Origin: Sarea resinae
Taxonomy: Eukaryota
Length of the DNA stretch: 64,000 bases
Direction: 5' to 3'
Assembly: GCA_026026165.1 (NCBI GenBank)
Contig: JAPEUD010000064.1
Location: forward strand, 1 to 64,000
The notes under the pieces were generated by a model. It was not told the origin of the DNA. It ran no database searches and was given only the letters and a program-made list of their open reading frames with translations. Shown piece after piece: positions 47,665 to 60,375 of this stretch. The translations under genes were made by a program, and so were the position numbers. Position 1 is the first letter of the stretch; each line of letters opens with the position of its first letter.

Positions 47665-50600
47665 ATGGACCGGCTCTCCCGTCGGGAGGGTCGAATTCTT
47701 GACAGACGTCTCGTCTCCCAAGCAATCAGTCATACCTGGAGTGGAAGCGACGTGGAAGAAGCGACAAATCAGGCCCAGAATGGAATTGAGGCAGAGCCTT
47801 GCCTGGCTCCCCAAAACATCAAATTAAAATCTGCCAGCAGGTGTTCTGATGAGGAAGTCTCGCATCAGATCCAGAAATGGGATGCTCCCAACAGCCAAGG
47901 TGAGCAGCCTCCATACACCACTACTCATTTGTGCAGGCCCTGATAGATTCCGATCAAGCTCCTTTGCCTTCCTGGAAACCAGCGACCTTACGAGCACCCG
48001 TGCTGTGCAGCATCATGGCATTCTCGGTCTTTCTGATCGTCATGCTGGAATGGCTGTCGATGAAAAACAGGAGAAATGGTGGCATTATTCTTGCTTCAAA
48101 CATCAGCGATATCTCTCCCGGCTTGACCTTTGCCTGGAATTATCTGCCTACTATCATTGCTGTTTGCTATAGCATGATTTGGACGTGGATTGACCTCGAT
48201 GTCAAACGCCTCGAACCATATTTTCAGATGTCAAAATCAGACGGTGTTTCTGCCGCCAATTCTCTTCTGCTAGATTATCCTTTCGACTTTGTGGCCTTTG
48301 TACCTATCAAAGCTGCTAGACGTCGGTAAGAGTTGATATTTATAATGCTCAGTTCTTCTGCTAACGAACAGTCATTGGTCTGTTTTCTGCGCTGGAACAG
48401 CAATGGTCATCATATTCTGGGTTATCACTCCGCTACAGAGCGCCGTTTTTTCCACTAGTACAATAACGCGCTCAGCTCCAATTTTGACCTATACGAGCTC
48501 GAAACTCTTACCGGTATCCGCACAATCAGATGCTCTCGACGGAGTGTTTTTGACCAATACTTACGGGATTCTATGGCTTGATCAGAAACTGCCTTCCTTT
48601 ACGACGAAAGAATATGTGCTGGCACCATTTGGAAACGTTCGATTCGTTTCTGACAAGGGTCTCAACCAAACGCGTACTGCTCCGACGTTACTCTATTCCA
48701 CCGACCTTTCGTGTCATCCCGCCAATATCTCAAATGTCGAACCGTACATCTACTCATTTTCTGATAATAGGGGGTGCGAAACTAAACTTTCTTTTCCGAT
48801 GCCATCACATGGTGAACAGTATTCCTTAGGTTATTACTCTCTTTCAAACACTTGCTCAGCTGAGTTTGCGAACAATACTCTTGCTGTCTGGAGTTTTCTG
48901 CCCAATGGGACTAGCGACTGGAGACACACGGCTGTCTTCTGCGAGACAAGCTATTACTATCAGGCTGTGAATGCCACAGTCAACATGCCCGACGACTCGG
49001 TGGTAAGTGTATCAGTCCCAGGGCCTAAAATCCCTTTGAGAGAAACCCAATTTAATTATTCGGCTTTTGAAACTGTCATCACCGATAATCTTCAAGAGCC
49101 AGAATATCCAGCTCCCGGAAAGGACTATGCGACAATGGACATACTCGAATTATCTTCGCGTCTAAAACAGTATGACTTGGTTGCGACCGATTCAGCCTCA
49201 GTACCCAATATTGTTGGGTTTGCTCTTGGAGGTTCGAACTTTTCTATTGAGCAATATTCTCAGCCGGCCAATCTTCATGCTGCTTTCGAAGCCGCGCATA
49301 GGCTTCTTTTCGTCTTGGCTTTCAACGAGCTCTCCGTTCCAAGCGGTCCTATCTCCGGTGCGGAAAAGCCCGGCATGGAGATGTCCCGCGTAGAAGCGGT
49401 CGTCGTCGTTCGGACTTTTGCAATCTTGGTCGAGTGTTTTCTCGTGGTCATCATTATTCTCAGCGTATTTATTCTGCTCATCTCCTCAAGCCGAGCAAGC
49501 AAACTTTGCCGCGACCCAAATTCGATATCGAGCATCATGGCATTAGCGTCTGGTAACTGTGAAATACTTGAGCTTTTGAAGATGAGCCACGGTGGCACAA
49601 CAACTTCTCTTGAGAAGCAACTCGAGCAATATCACTTTCGCATAGCAGTCATATGTGTTAATGGACTTCCTCGAACGATTCTAGAGATTGTCGATCTTGG
49701 TATTATCATGGTCCAAATCGATTCAGGCTCTGAAGATCTGCAATCTCCCAAACCGATGCTGCCTTTGGAAATGCGATGGCCAATTGGGTCTTTACTTTTG
49801 GCGATTTTGCTATCAGCAATGGTCATCATTGTGGTCCTCTATGTGAAGATCATTCAAGGTGATGGTGAGCGAGTGCAATTCAAAGTCAAAACACAATATC
49901 CGCTACTCACTACATATAGGACTACCTCGACCATCGAACAGCACTATCGTACGCCAGATACTGCTGAATTACCTGCCGACGGCCTTTTCAACCTTCTTGG
50001 AGCCATTTTTAGTCGTACTCAACCGTTTACTCTGTATTTTGCAGCCATTCGAGGCCCTGCGCAGGGGCAGGGCCAAGTTCACTTCGTCTCTCGGCCTACA
50101 ATATACTTCGTTACCCCCACAGCTGATAGTTTGGAGAGCAACACGGGCAAAGGATTTCGTTCTAGTGTCCATATGTGGCATCGCCATACTCGCGAATTTG
50201 TTCGCAGTGGCTTTGAGTGGACTTTTTACAGACAGTCAAGTGGAGATTGAGAAACCTCTCAACTATACGGCAATTCTGTCTCCGCATTTCAACGATACCG
50301 GACTTCTTGAGTTCAAGGGCCTAATGGACTATCCGGATCATTTCTATGTCGCCGATTCGAATATATCTCAAAATACACCATTGCTACCCTGGATGACCCA
50401 GGATTTCTTCTTTATTCCTTTTGATCTGCAAGGTTTATACATCGAAGGAGGCATCAAGGCCTACAAAGGACTCACTCGTGGATTTGGAGCTGATGTGAGT
50501 TGTGTTCAGCTCAACCACGACGTCGACTCCCCCTATGAAGAAACTGTCCACCTCGATGGTGACGGCCAGTCGGCAACCTTCTCCGTCACAAATAAGAGCA

Positions 50601-51742
50601 CGAACATTACCTGCGTCTATAACAATTCGCCTATGCCATCAACGTTGATAGGGCTACTCCCCCCTCCTGACGGCCGGGTTGCTCTGGAGATGATGACCTC
50701 GATGGACATTGTCTGGGACAGGGACATTAATCCTCGCCATCTTCAGGAACAAGAATACTGCCAATCGCTAGTCGCGGCTGGCTGGGTCAGGTGGGATGCG
50801 CCACCTGATGCTAACGCCACACGTTTAGATGGCTGGTCGCCTTTGGAGGGCAAGAATGCCACATTCGAATATATGGCAATGGTGTGCCAGCCTCAGCTGA
50901 AGACGGCAGTCTTCGAAATTATCGTTGACTCGACCGGGAGGGTGATGTCCGCTTCCCAGTCAGGAGATTTTGACCAAGCGACCCAGAAATATTTCTCAAC
51001 TAATGAAAGCGCCCTTTACATCGGCGCCAGCAATCTAATCGGCGCTCCTGGCCATACTATGAGCTGGCACAATATTTCATACACCTTAGACTGGATGAAT
51101 TATCTGATCAAAATGTCGGATAATTCTTCGGCCGCAACAGATCCCGAAGCTCCTGTTCCTGAATTTTCACCCACAGCAAAGAAGATAGAACAACTGTACC
51201 GGCTACTTTTTGCTATTCTGTTAGGACTAAATCAGCAAGTTTTCGATACAGCACAGCCGAATGAGAGAGTCAGTGGGGCGCTCGTAGGCCGAGCTGATCG
51301 AATTTTCATGTCAAAGGCGATGTTCTATATCGCCATCTCTCTCCTTGGATTAGACACTTTCGTGATTATACTTTATTACAGTCGTCGTCCGAGAAGATTC
51401 CTTCCCCGCATGCCAACCAACATCGCCTCTACACTCGCATATGTTGCTGCAAGCCATGCAATTACCGAAATTCAAAACGGCGACGAGTTCAGGACGCCGA
51501 GTTATATTCCCGGTACCATGTGGACTGATGAGACGTTTTCGTTTGGCAGCTTTGTCGGCACTGATGGCAAGCCTCATATAGGCATCGAGCGAGATCCCCT
51601 GGTCTTACCTCTGGGACTTTCACGGCCCAAAACTGAGAAGGAAAGTTATGGAGGGATGCGATCTCGAAACCACGTTGAGCTAAGGCGGCTTCGCGAAGAT
51701 AATAGTCCTTCGCCCCCTCCTCCCATTCCACCTCACAAATGA
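47665..51742 (+). CDS. DUF3433 membrane protein, paralog 2
   Basis: Same architecture and motifs as paralog 1. Introns are near 47900-47946, 48326-48371 and 49865-49919, at equivalent positions. Confidence 0.82.
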
Positions 51743-52690
51743 ATGAGGAGCAGGCCATATGGAGTTGAAATAGGCTGGCGTCCACGCCGAACGCAGTCTT
51801 CCGCTCGGCATCCGGCAACTTGATCCAATTTACGGAGCTGCTCGTCCAGGAACAGGTCGAAACTCCTGCTGCAAACTTTGCAGCAACGGCTGAGTACGGC
51901 ACAAGACGACAAAGGCGCCAAGCCTACATTCTTTATTTGACCGACCACAAAGTTACCATTTCAGCACTCGGAAAATATATGGAGTTTTTTGTTTTCTGGT
52001 GTGGCGTGACTATTTGCTTTTCTTGGACAGGCGCAAGGAACTATCAACTTTGTATCGACACGATCATTGCATATTCTGCTGTATATTTGATATATTATGA
52101 GGCAAATAGGAGCTTCGTACATATTTACGAGCCATGTTAGAAGTGCGAAAACATAGATTCTGAGCGCCCTGAGATACAGATGTGTGCCTGGCCTCCACAG
52201 GATTGAAGCGTGATTTTAAGTCAAGAGTTAAATTATATCCAGATTAAGCTTGCAAATGAATTCATATTCCAAAAGTGTATGAATCGTAAAAATATAAACA
52301 AAGAAAGTACTTATGCTATATCGAATTAAGTTTCTCCAAATAGTGTCTTCTGACAGGAGTGCTACACTATGATTCACATCACTCTGTCGGCCCCGTTGAA
52401 GTCGTTGACAACATCTCCATAGCAGACCGGAGCATGTTTTCGATGATACTTTTGTCCTGTACCTCTCGTTTTGGATTCTTACCTAAGCTAAGCGACTCTG
52501 TCGATTCTAAAGTGTCCCAGAGTTCGCCAAAGGGCTTTGCCCTGCCCTACTCCCACAGCGGAATAATCCGTTAGCGAGCCTCAACTTCGCGATTCGCATA
52601 CCGCAAGTCGACCAAACGACCAACGACAACCAAATCGACAACCACCGACGACGATTCGATAGGACGACCCCCGAGAGGACGACCTTCAAA

Positions 52691-54037
52691 ATGACGACTC
52701 GTCCTACCGTCACCATCATCTCGGCCGATGGATCCGCCAGCGGCCAGACTTACCCTCTCCCGGCCGTCTTCAAGGCCCCGATCCGCCCGGATATCGTCCA
52801 GTATGGCTTGCAATTGAAGAAGAAATGAGAGGATCGGAGAACTGACAGGTGCGCAGGTCGGTCCACACTGGAATGGCCAAGAACAAGCGCCAGCCGTACG
52901 CCGTGAGCGAGAAGGCCGGTCACCAAACATCTGCTGAGTCCTGGGGAACTGGTCAGTGCAACTTTTTCTACATGTGTGGGAGGGACATTGCAGAGCCGCG
53001 TTTCTGGGAAATATGATGTGGAATGGAGGGCGAATTCTTCCAGCTCAGAAGCTGACTTGAAGTTCAACAGGTCGTGCCGTTGCCCGTATTCCCCGTGTCT
53101 CTGGTGGTGGTACCCACCGTGCCGGTCAAGCTGCATTCGGTAACCAGTGCCGTTCTGGACGCATGTTCGCTCCCACCAAGGTCTGGAGGAAGTGGCACCA
53201 GAAGATCAACCTGGGCCAGAAGTCAGTATTCTTCGAGATGTCATCAATTGACCGGTCAGCTAACAAGCACAAAGGCGTTTCGCTACCGCATCTGCCCTGG
53301 CTGCCTCTTCGGTTCCGGCTCTTCTCCTCGCCCGTGGCCATCACGTCTCGACCGTCCCCGAGGTCCCACTCGTCATCTCCTCGACTGCTTTCTCCGGCGC
53401 CGCCATTGCCAAGACCGCCGCTGCCCTCGCTCTGTTGAAGACCGTTGGTGCCGGTGCCGATGTCGCCAAGGTCAGCAACTCGCGCAAGATCCGCGCCGGT
53501 AAGGGTAAGTTGAGAGGCCGAAGACACCGCCAACGTCGCGGTCCCTTGGTCGTCTACAACCCCGATGAGGATGGCAAGGAGCTCGTCCGTGCTTTCCGCA
53601 ACCTCCCCGGTGTCGAGACCTCGTCCGTCTTTGCGCTCAACCTCCTCCAGCTCGCGCCCGGTGGTCACCTCGGCCGTTTCATCGTCTGGACCTCGTCGGC
53701 ATTTTCGGCTCTCGACAAGATCTACGGCTCCACGTCGGCCCCGTCCGCTCTCAAGAAGGACTTCCTCCTGCCGTCCAACCTGGTCTCCAACGCCGACATT
53801 GGCCGTCTGATCAACTCGTCGGAAGTGCAGGCCGTGGTGCGCCCGGCCAAGGGCGAGGCCAAGACCAAGCGATCCGGCGTGCAGAAGAAGAACCCGCTCA
53901 AGAACAAGCAGCTCCTTTTGCGACTCAACCCCTACGCCTCGGCGTACTCGAAGGAGGGTCTCGGACACAAGAAGGCCGACGAGGAGAAGCCGGTGCGTGC
54001 CGGCGAGACCTTTAGCGGTGTTCTGCACGAGAACTGA
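52691..54037 (+). CDS. RPL4: 60S ribosomal protein L4 (uL4); introns 52801-52856, 52952-53070, 53222-53274
   Basis: Motifs [60 protein letters not shown] and [10 protein letters not shown]. Confidence 0.97.
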
Positions 54038-54855
54038 GGGGTAAGGCGGTTGTCGAAAACGATGAGTGATAGCATGTGACGCGATGTGATGTGAGGCGGG
54101 GTTGTTTGGGAATGAATGGTTTTCCGTGGTTTAAATCTTTATCAATGAAATGAAGACGAGCCTTTGGCTGCATTTAGCTGTCTGTTAATTCTATCGTGTG
54201 CTATGTGCTATGGATGTACTATTGATGTACTTGATGGCATGGAATCTTGATTGTAGACTGTAATATTGTGCTGTCAAGACCTTGTCTGTCTTGTGTGTCG
54301 TGTTTTGTCTCACGTCTCTTTCTCCTTCTCAGAGGTAAGATACCACACCTAGAACCAGACGTAGAGGTCGGACCAGGTGTAGACAGACACAGACACAGAC
54401 ATAGATACAGACACAGATATAGAAATATAGAATATAGAATATAGAGAAAAGAAAAGAAAAGAAAAACTCTCTCTGAACCTATTTACCCACCTACCCACCC
54501 ACCTACCTACCTACCTATATACCTACCTACCTGTCTACTCACCCACCTGTCTACACACCTACCTACCTACCTTACCTTCTATCATCAAACCTATCGTAAG
54601 TTGAGCCAGATGACAAGTTGAAGAGGTTATATATAATAAGACGGCACGGCACGTTGAAGGGATAAGTTCAAGGGATGGCGAGATTGTCGAACCTACCATC
54701 CTCCTCTTTTTTCCTTTCCTCTTTCTTACTTTTCTTTCTTACTCTTCTGTTTTGTGAATCTCATGTCTTTCTTTCTTTCTTTCTTTCAACTTATATCTGG
54801 GATTTCTTTCACTTTTAGGTTCTTGTGTATTTACCCTCTCTCACTCTGGCCCCCC

Positions 54856-54856
<1 letters not shown>

Positions 54857-54898
<42 letters not shown>
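54857..54898. repeat. C42 homopolymer
   Basis: Counted directly. Confidence 0.95.
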
Positions 54899-55013
54899 TA
54901 CCCGCCCCTCCCCGCCCCTCACTCTCTCACCCACTCACCCCCTACTCCCCTCTCTCTCTCATCTACACTCCCCATTACCCTCATCAACACGCCCTACCGA
55001 CTACAATCTCTCT

Positions 55014-56754
55014 CTATCGCACAATCATGCTCTCCCGGCCCGGCCCGGTGCCGATCCACTTGACGGGCACGTTGACGAAGCGCTCGATGAAGTCGACGTA
55101 GGCTTGGGCTTGGGGCGGGAGGTCGGCCTGGATGGGTTAGTGTTTTGTTTTGTTTTGTTCTGTTCGAGGGGAGGTGGGGGGGCGAGGGGGTTTGCTTGTG
55201 GTGAGAAGGAGGTGGGGAAGGATGGGGGAGGGTGATGAGGACGGGGATGAGAGAGGAGACGGGGACGGCATCGAGAAAGAGCGGAGCGGGGCTCCGGCCA
55301 TAACGTACATAGGTCTTGGCGCCCGTCGTCGGCGTCTGCCACCCGGCCATCTCGTGATACACGACCCGGCATTTGCCCAGCAGCTCCAGGTCGGCCGGGT
55401 ACGACGGCACGGGCTCGTCCGTGTCGCCGTGCCGGTACTCGACCGCGATCTTGATCGTCGCGAACGTGTCGAGGATGTCGAGTTTGGTCAGGTTGAGCGC
55501 CGTGTAGTGGTTGATGGCGCACGAGTACTTGAGCACCACCAGGTCGAGCCAGCCGCACCGGCGTTTCCTGCACTTCGGTGTTAGCAGAGGATGATGATAG
55601 AGGGGGGGGAACGGCGGAACCTCTTGGTTGTGACGCCCCATTCCCGGCCTATCGTCTGTAGCTTATCGCCCACTTCTCCGAGATCCTCTGTCTGCAAATT
55701 AGCTACTGTTCAAGAGGCTAGAGGACCAAACGAACCCGAGAGAAACGGCCCGCTGCCGACGCGGGTCGTGTACGCCTTTACGACCCCGATCACCTCGGCG
55801 ATCTTGGTCGGGTTCAAAGCGAGACCGGTGAAGATGCCGCCCAGACCAGTGTTAGACGACGTCACAAACGGATAGGTTCCGTAGTCGATATCAAGTAAAA
55901 TGGCGTTGGCACCTTCGACTAGCAGGGGCAGGTTTTTCGATTGTGCGTCGTTGATCAAGGGCACGACATCGCAGACGAACGTCGCCAATTGAGCACGGTA
56001 GCCATCATATCTGGCAATCTCTTCTTCTGGGTCATAGCTCAGTAGATCCCCGTACCTCTTCTTGAGGCCACTCGCCAGGAGCCGTAGCTTGCTGTCGAAC
56101 AATTCCTTGTGGAAAACATCCGATACTCGGATGCCGCTCCGTGCGGCCTTGGTCTGGTACGTTGGGCCAATGCCTGGAATTCAGTAAAATGAGGATAGCT
56201 CTTTCAAACGAGAGCTACTGATACTGACCCTTCCTTGTAGTTCCGAGCGACTTTCCCTGCAGTTCGGCTTCCTCGAGCCCGTCGACCAATTGGTGCAGAT
56301 CGAGGACGACGTGACATCTATCACTGATGACGATGCGCTCTCGGACGTTCCGAAGGCCCTTGGCCTCCAACGCCTCGAGCTCCTTGAAGAAATCCTTGAT
56401 GTTCACGACCACGCCGCTTCCGATGATGTTCATGCAGTCGGGGTTGGTCAATCCGGACGGCAGGAGATGGAAGCTGACTGCGTTAGGGTCAACATTCCTT
56501 TAAGAGGAGTAGCACGACTCACTCGTATGTGACCTTCTTCCCGTCGACCTCGTGAACGATGGTGTGTCCAGCATTATTGCCGCCTATGCCGCACAAGACC
56601 GTCAATTCCTGGACCGCATTGAATGGCTCAGCGGTCCGCGGCGCTCGCTCTCACCTTGTGCCCTTGCGCAGAGTCGGGTCTTTGCACACAGAATGTCCAC
56701 GAGTTTCCCCTTTCCTTCGTCGCCCCATTGGGCACCGAGAACAATAGTCGCCAT
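55014..56754 (-). CDS. ADE12: Adenylosuccinate synthetase (7 exons)
   Basis: Motifs [79 protein letters not shown] and [12 protein letters not shown]. Confidence 0.97.
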
Positions 56755-57446
56755 GATCCGCGGCAGTCTGTGATACAGTGTTAGTCGACCAGAGGGCTGA
56801 GAGGGTCAATTGCGATGCATACCTTGACCGAAGCAAAGAGTCAAGGAGGCGCAGAATCCGAAGTCGCAAGACTCGTCAACGGACGGCCTTGGTGGGGTGG
56901 TGGGGTGGAAATTTCGCTTATGTAAGCAAGCACGCGTTCGTCCAGCTAACTCCTCGGACAGTCTCCAACAAAGTACTCCACGCCGGTTCGGAGTACATTA
57001 TAGAGCATGCTTCTCATAAACACCCTTGATATAAGGGATGCTGCAATTCGCAACTTCTCTTTGCATGATCCATTAGATGCCATTCCAGTAAGAGTGCTTG
57101 GATCACTAAGTGTTAACAAAAGGACGAGACGGCACTCCTCAACGAATTGGAGAGTGAAGAAGGATAGATATTTCGGTTCGTACAGCTTATATGCTTTACG
57201 CCAACAAGGCAATTACTGCTGGACAGGTAGACAGATTTATTTGCAGATAGAAACAGTAGAACAAGCACCATTCCCTTGAACCGGCCCAGTCCTGTCCGCT
57301 CGCCCGAATCCCTCTCCGTCCCTTTCCTAATTCGATCCCTGTTACTTGAACATAGCCCATGACAGCCCACCGAGAACCCCAAGATATTATACACGAACAC
57401 CAACACCTCATCACGACATCGGGAAAGGACTTTCGCATCTCCCGCT

Positions 57447-60375
57447 CTAAGCAAAAACCTCGAGCACTAAACCAACAGGCGCCGAATAGACCAGATCGGA
57501 ATCTAGAGGATACGTCGTCTCGAGCGGGGCCTTGCACTTGAACATGCCGCCCTCCTTACTCGTCAATTGACTCTCGCCTTCTCGCTCTCGACCCGGATTC
57601 CTTTTATTCTGCTCATCCCCCGACAAAAGACAGGTTCCCAGTTCGGCAATCCGGCTCACCAGTGCCTTAGTCTGCCCCTTGGCACTCGCCCATACGGATG
57701 CCAACTCGTGCACGACGGTCAGACCGCCATTCACAAGCTGCAGCGTCTCGGTACAGCGGGCCATGGGGCCTCGTGCGGTGAGAATATCGGCGGCAGCTAG
57801 GATGGCGAAACCGACAAAGGGCGTTGATGAAAGCGACAGGGATTTGTTGTGTTCTTCGGGTAGACGAGAAGCACGGGACTCTTCCGAGAGGAGGGCCATC
57901 ATGTTTAGAAAGTTCCGGGCATGCGAGATGGAGGCACGAAGATTGCGGAGGATATGATCGTGGGAAAGCAAGGCTGGACGGACATGGCGATGGAGGCGCA
58001 TGAGGGTGATGTGATGAAAAGCGTGGATGGTAAGGAAATTCGCGACAGAGCCCTGAGCGATGCTCTGGTCGAGATTCTGCGCGCTCCATCTGAAGTGCGA
58101 GGGGAGCTGGTCGTGCCAGTCGTTGATGCGCCTTTGGGCGTGCGCATAGAATTTCTCATACTCTTCTTCATAAGAGTTCTTGGAACGATGAAGAGAGCGG
58201 TAGATATTTGCGAGGACGTCATCCCAAATGGAAGAGACGATGACTAAATGGCCCATCAGACCCGGCAGGTCGGAGTCGGCTCGAGTGAGCTCGGGATCGA
58301 TGATGCCATTGTCAAAGTACGGTGCCGAAGTTTTGATCTGGTGCTCGTACGCCTCCTCCTTGCAGGGCAGACGTGTAAATATGTCATCAGTGCGTAGAAT
58401 ATTGAAGCGGCCCATGCAGAAACCGGTAAAGCTCTACGTAAGATTAGCAGAGTCCCTCATATGTGAACGACAAACTTACATCCATCAGGAATCCCGACCA
58501 GAAAGTCCTTCGTCGACATTCTATTAGCGTTGCTCGTTTCAGGCCATACTCCAACGGCTCATCCTCGCGGAATGTCATGACACCCTCTTCGAGATTCAAC
58601 CTCAGACCACTAGCCAGCCTCAACCCGGCTCCACAATAGTCCCAAGCACCAGTCGAATTACCGGTCGCAAATTGATAGAGAGAAATAAGTAACCGACTTT
58701 GACAGAGCTGAAGACTAAATTCGCCCTGACTCTTGTCGACTGCATATCGAGCAATCGAAAACCAATGCTTCCCGTATGAACGTCTTTTCGGAAAGGGTGA
58801 AAAGAGAGACCCCATGGCCATCATCGTATAGAGTAACATTAGATCCTCTCGATTCTTCTTGGAACAATTCTCCAGCCATCTCATAAAAGGCCTCCGAGAG
58901 AAGATGTGGTAGGTTGCGCTGTTGATATGATCAAAGTACAAATCAATGGTGTGTACAGTGAGATCCGGGTCGAGCTCGTACGGGTCCGTCTGCCAGTTGA
59001 AGGCAGTGGGATCGAGGAGCCTCGGCGGCTGGCATTTGGGCTCACACGCAAATTCCGGCGAGACGGGCTCCCGATGGTCACGCCTCCTGCGGCCCAGGCC
59101 ACTAATCATACCCCATGAGACGTCCGGTGAGCTCAACCGGCGTTTTTTTGCCGCAGGACTATTCGGGTCTCTTTGGCTGAGCGTAATAGGATCGACGGTC
59201 TTCGGAGCTCTATCGTCGCAATGCAAACGCTTCTGTGCTTTGGGACTTGACATGTCCTTTCGCTCAAAAGACGGACTCTGCACCGGCTTGGCTTCGGACG
59301 ACTGCGATGGGCTTGCTGTGGCGGACTTGGTCTCGCTCGCCTCGCCACTTCGAGGTTCGGGACTCATCCGGTGCCCTCTTGGGGCATTCTGGAACCTGCA
59401 GTTCCGTCCGAACTTTTCGCACTGGACACATTTCGGCAGATCCGGCTCACATTTTATCTTTTTCTCTCTGCATGTCAGGCAGGCCACGGCTAAACGTTTG
59501 CGAGGCTTGCCCGCCTTGGTCACGCCCCAGTGTGCATTCACCGGTTCTCCGTCGATGAGCGTCTTGCAGTGTGTGCCGTCGTCATAGAAGAAGCATGGCC
59601 CTTCGCCCGGTATGTTCTGCTCTCCTATAAATCTGGGCAGAAATTGAGCGCCGGTCCAGATCCCCCTCGAGGGGGTGCTGTTTGTTGATGACTGGGAATC
59701 CGGGGCTTGCCGTTGCAAACGAGAACCGTCAGGCTGCGGTGGTTGATCGGCGGGCCGTGGGTGAGAAGAATAGGGTATATAACCTGCAGAAGGATCGGAA
59801 CGTGAGGGGGTATGGAAGGAGGTGGCATTTGTATTCGATGGTCCAACTCGTCCATAAGCTGGAGGCGAAACCCCCGAAGGGCCGATAGTATGAAAGGGGC
59901 GTTCTAGAGGCGGAAAGGAAATGGATGCTTCGCGGATCGGAGGGATGGTTGCAGAAGAGGTGGACTTCTTAGGTGAGAAGTGAAAGCTGGAGGTCTGCGA
60001 CGGATGATCATGAAGGCTCGAACTGGGCGACGGAAGGCCGGGTGCCTTGTTTGCCAACGAGGCTACACTCCAGTGGGGCGAGGAAGGAGATCTGGGGCAA
60101 ATTGGGCCGGGATTTGACGTGAGAAGAGAGCTCACAGAAGGTAGCTGCACAGAAGGTCGACATGGCGGCCTGTCATGGTCGATCCTTGGAGGCTGTGGAG
60201 GTTGGATTTCGGATCCTCGTGGGACGAGGGTCGAGTTGGAATACATCGGAGGAGGATCAAGAGGGCGTGGCAGCTGTGGTTTGTCTTCCGGGACGCCCGG
60301 CTGTGTCTGTCTAGTTGGCCATGATCTTGAACTCCAACCGGCGCCTTGAGAAAATGGCGTCGGATATAAGGACAT
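57447..60375 (-). CDS. Zn(II)2Cys6 transcription factor with fungal middle-homology region; intron 58434-58479; start uncertain
   Basis: Zinc cluster ACLTCREKKIKCEPDLPKCVQCEKFGRNC, preceded by WGVTKAGKPRKRL. The middle region has ECRRRTFWSGFLMD and RLPC.E. Confidence 0.92.

Noticed and set aside
21600..52400. Starship or other transposon explanation for the middle block
   Set aside because: No DUF3435 recombinase, transposase, reverse transcriptase or terminal repeats were seen, and the block contains conserved YIH1.
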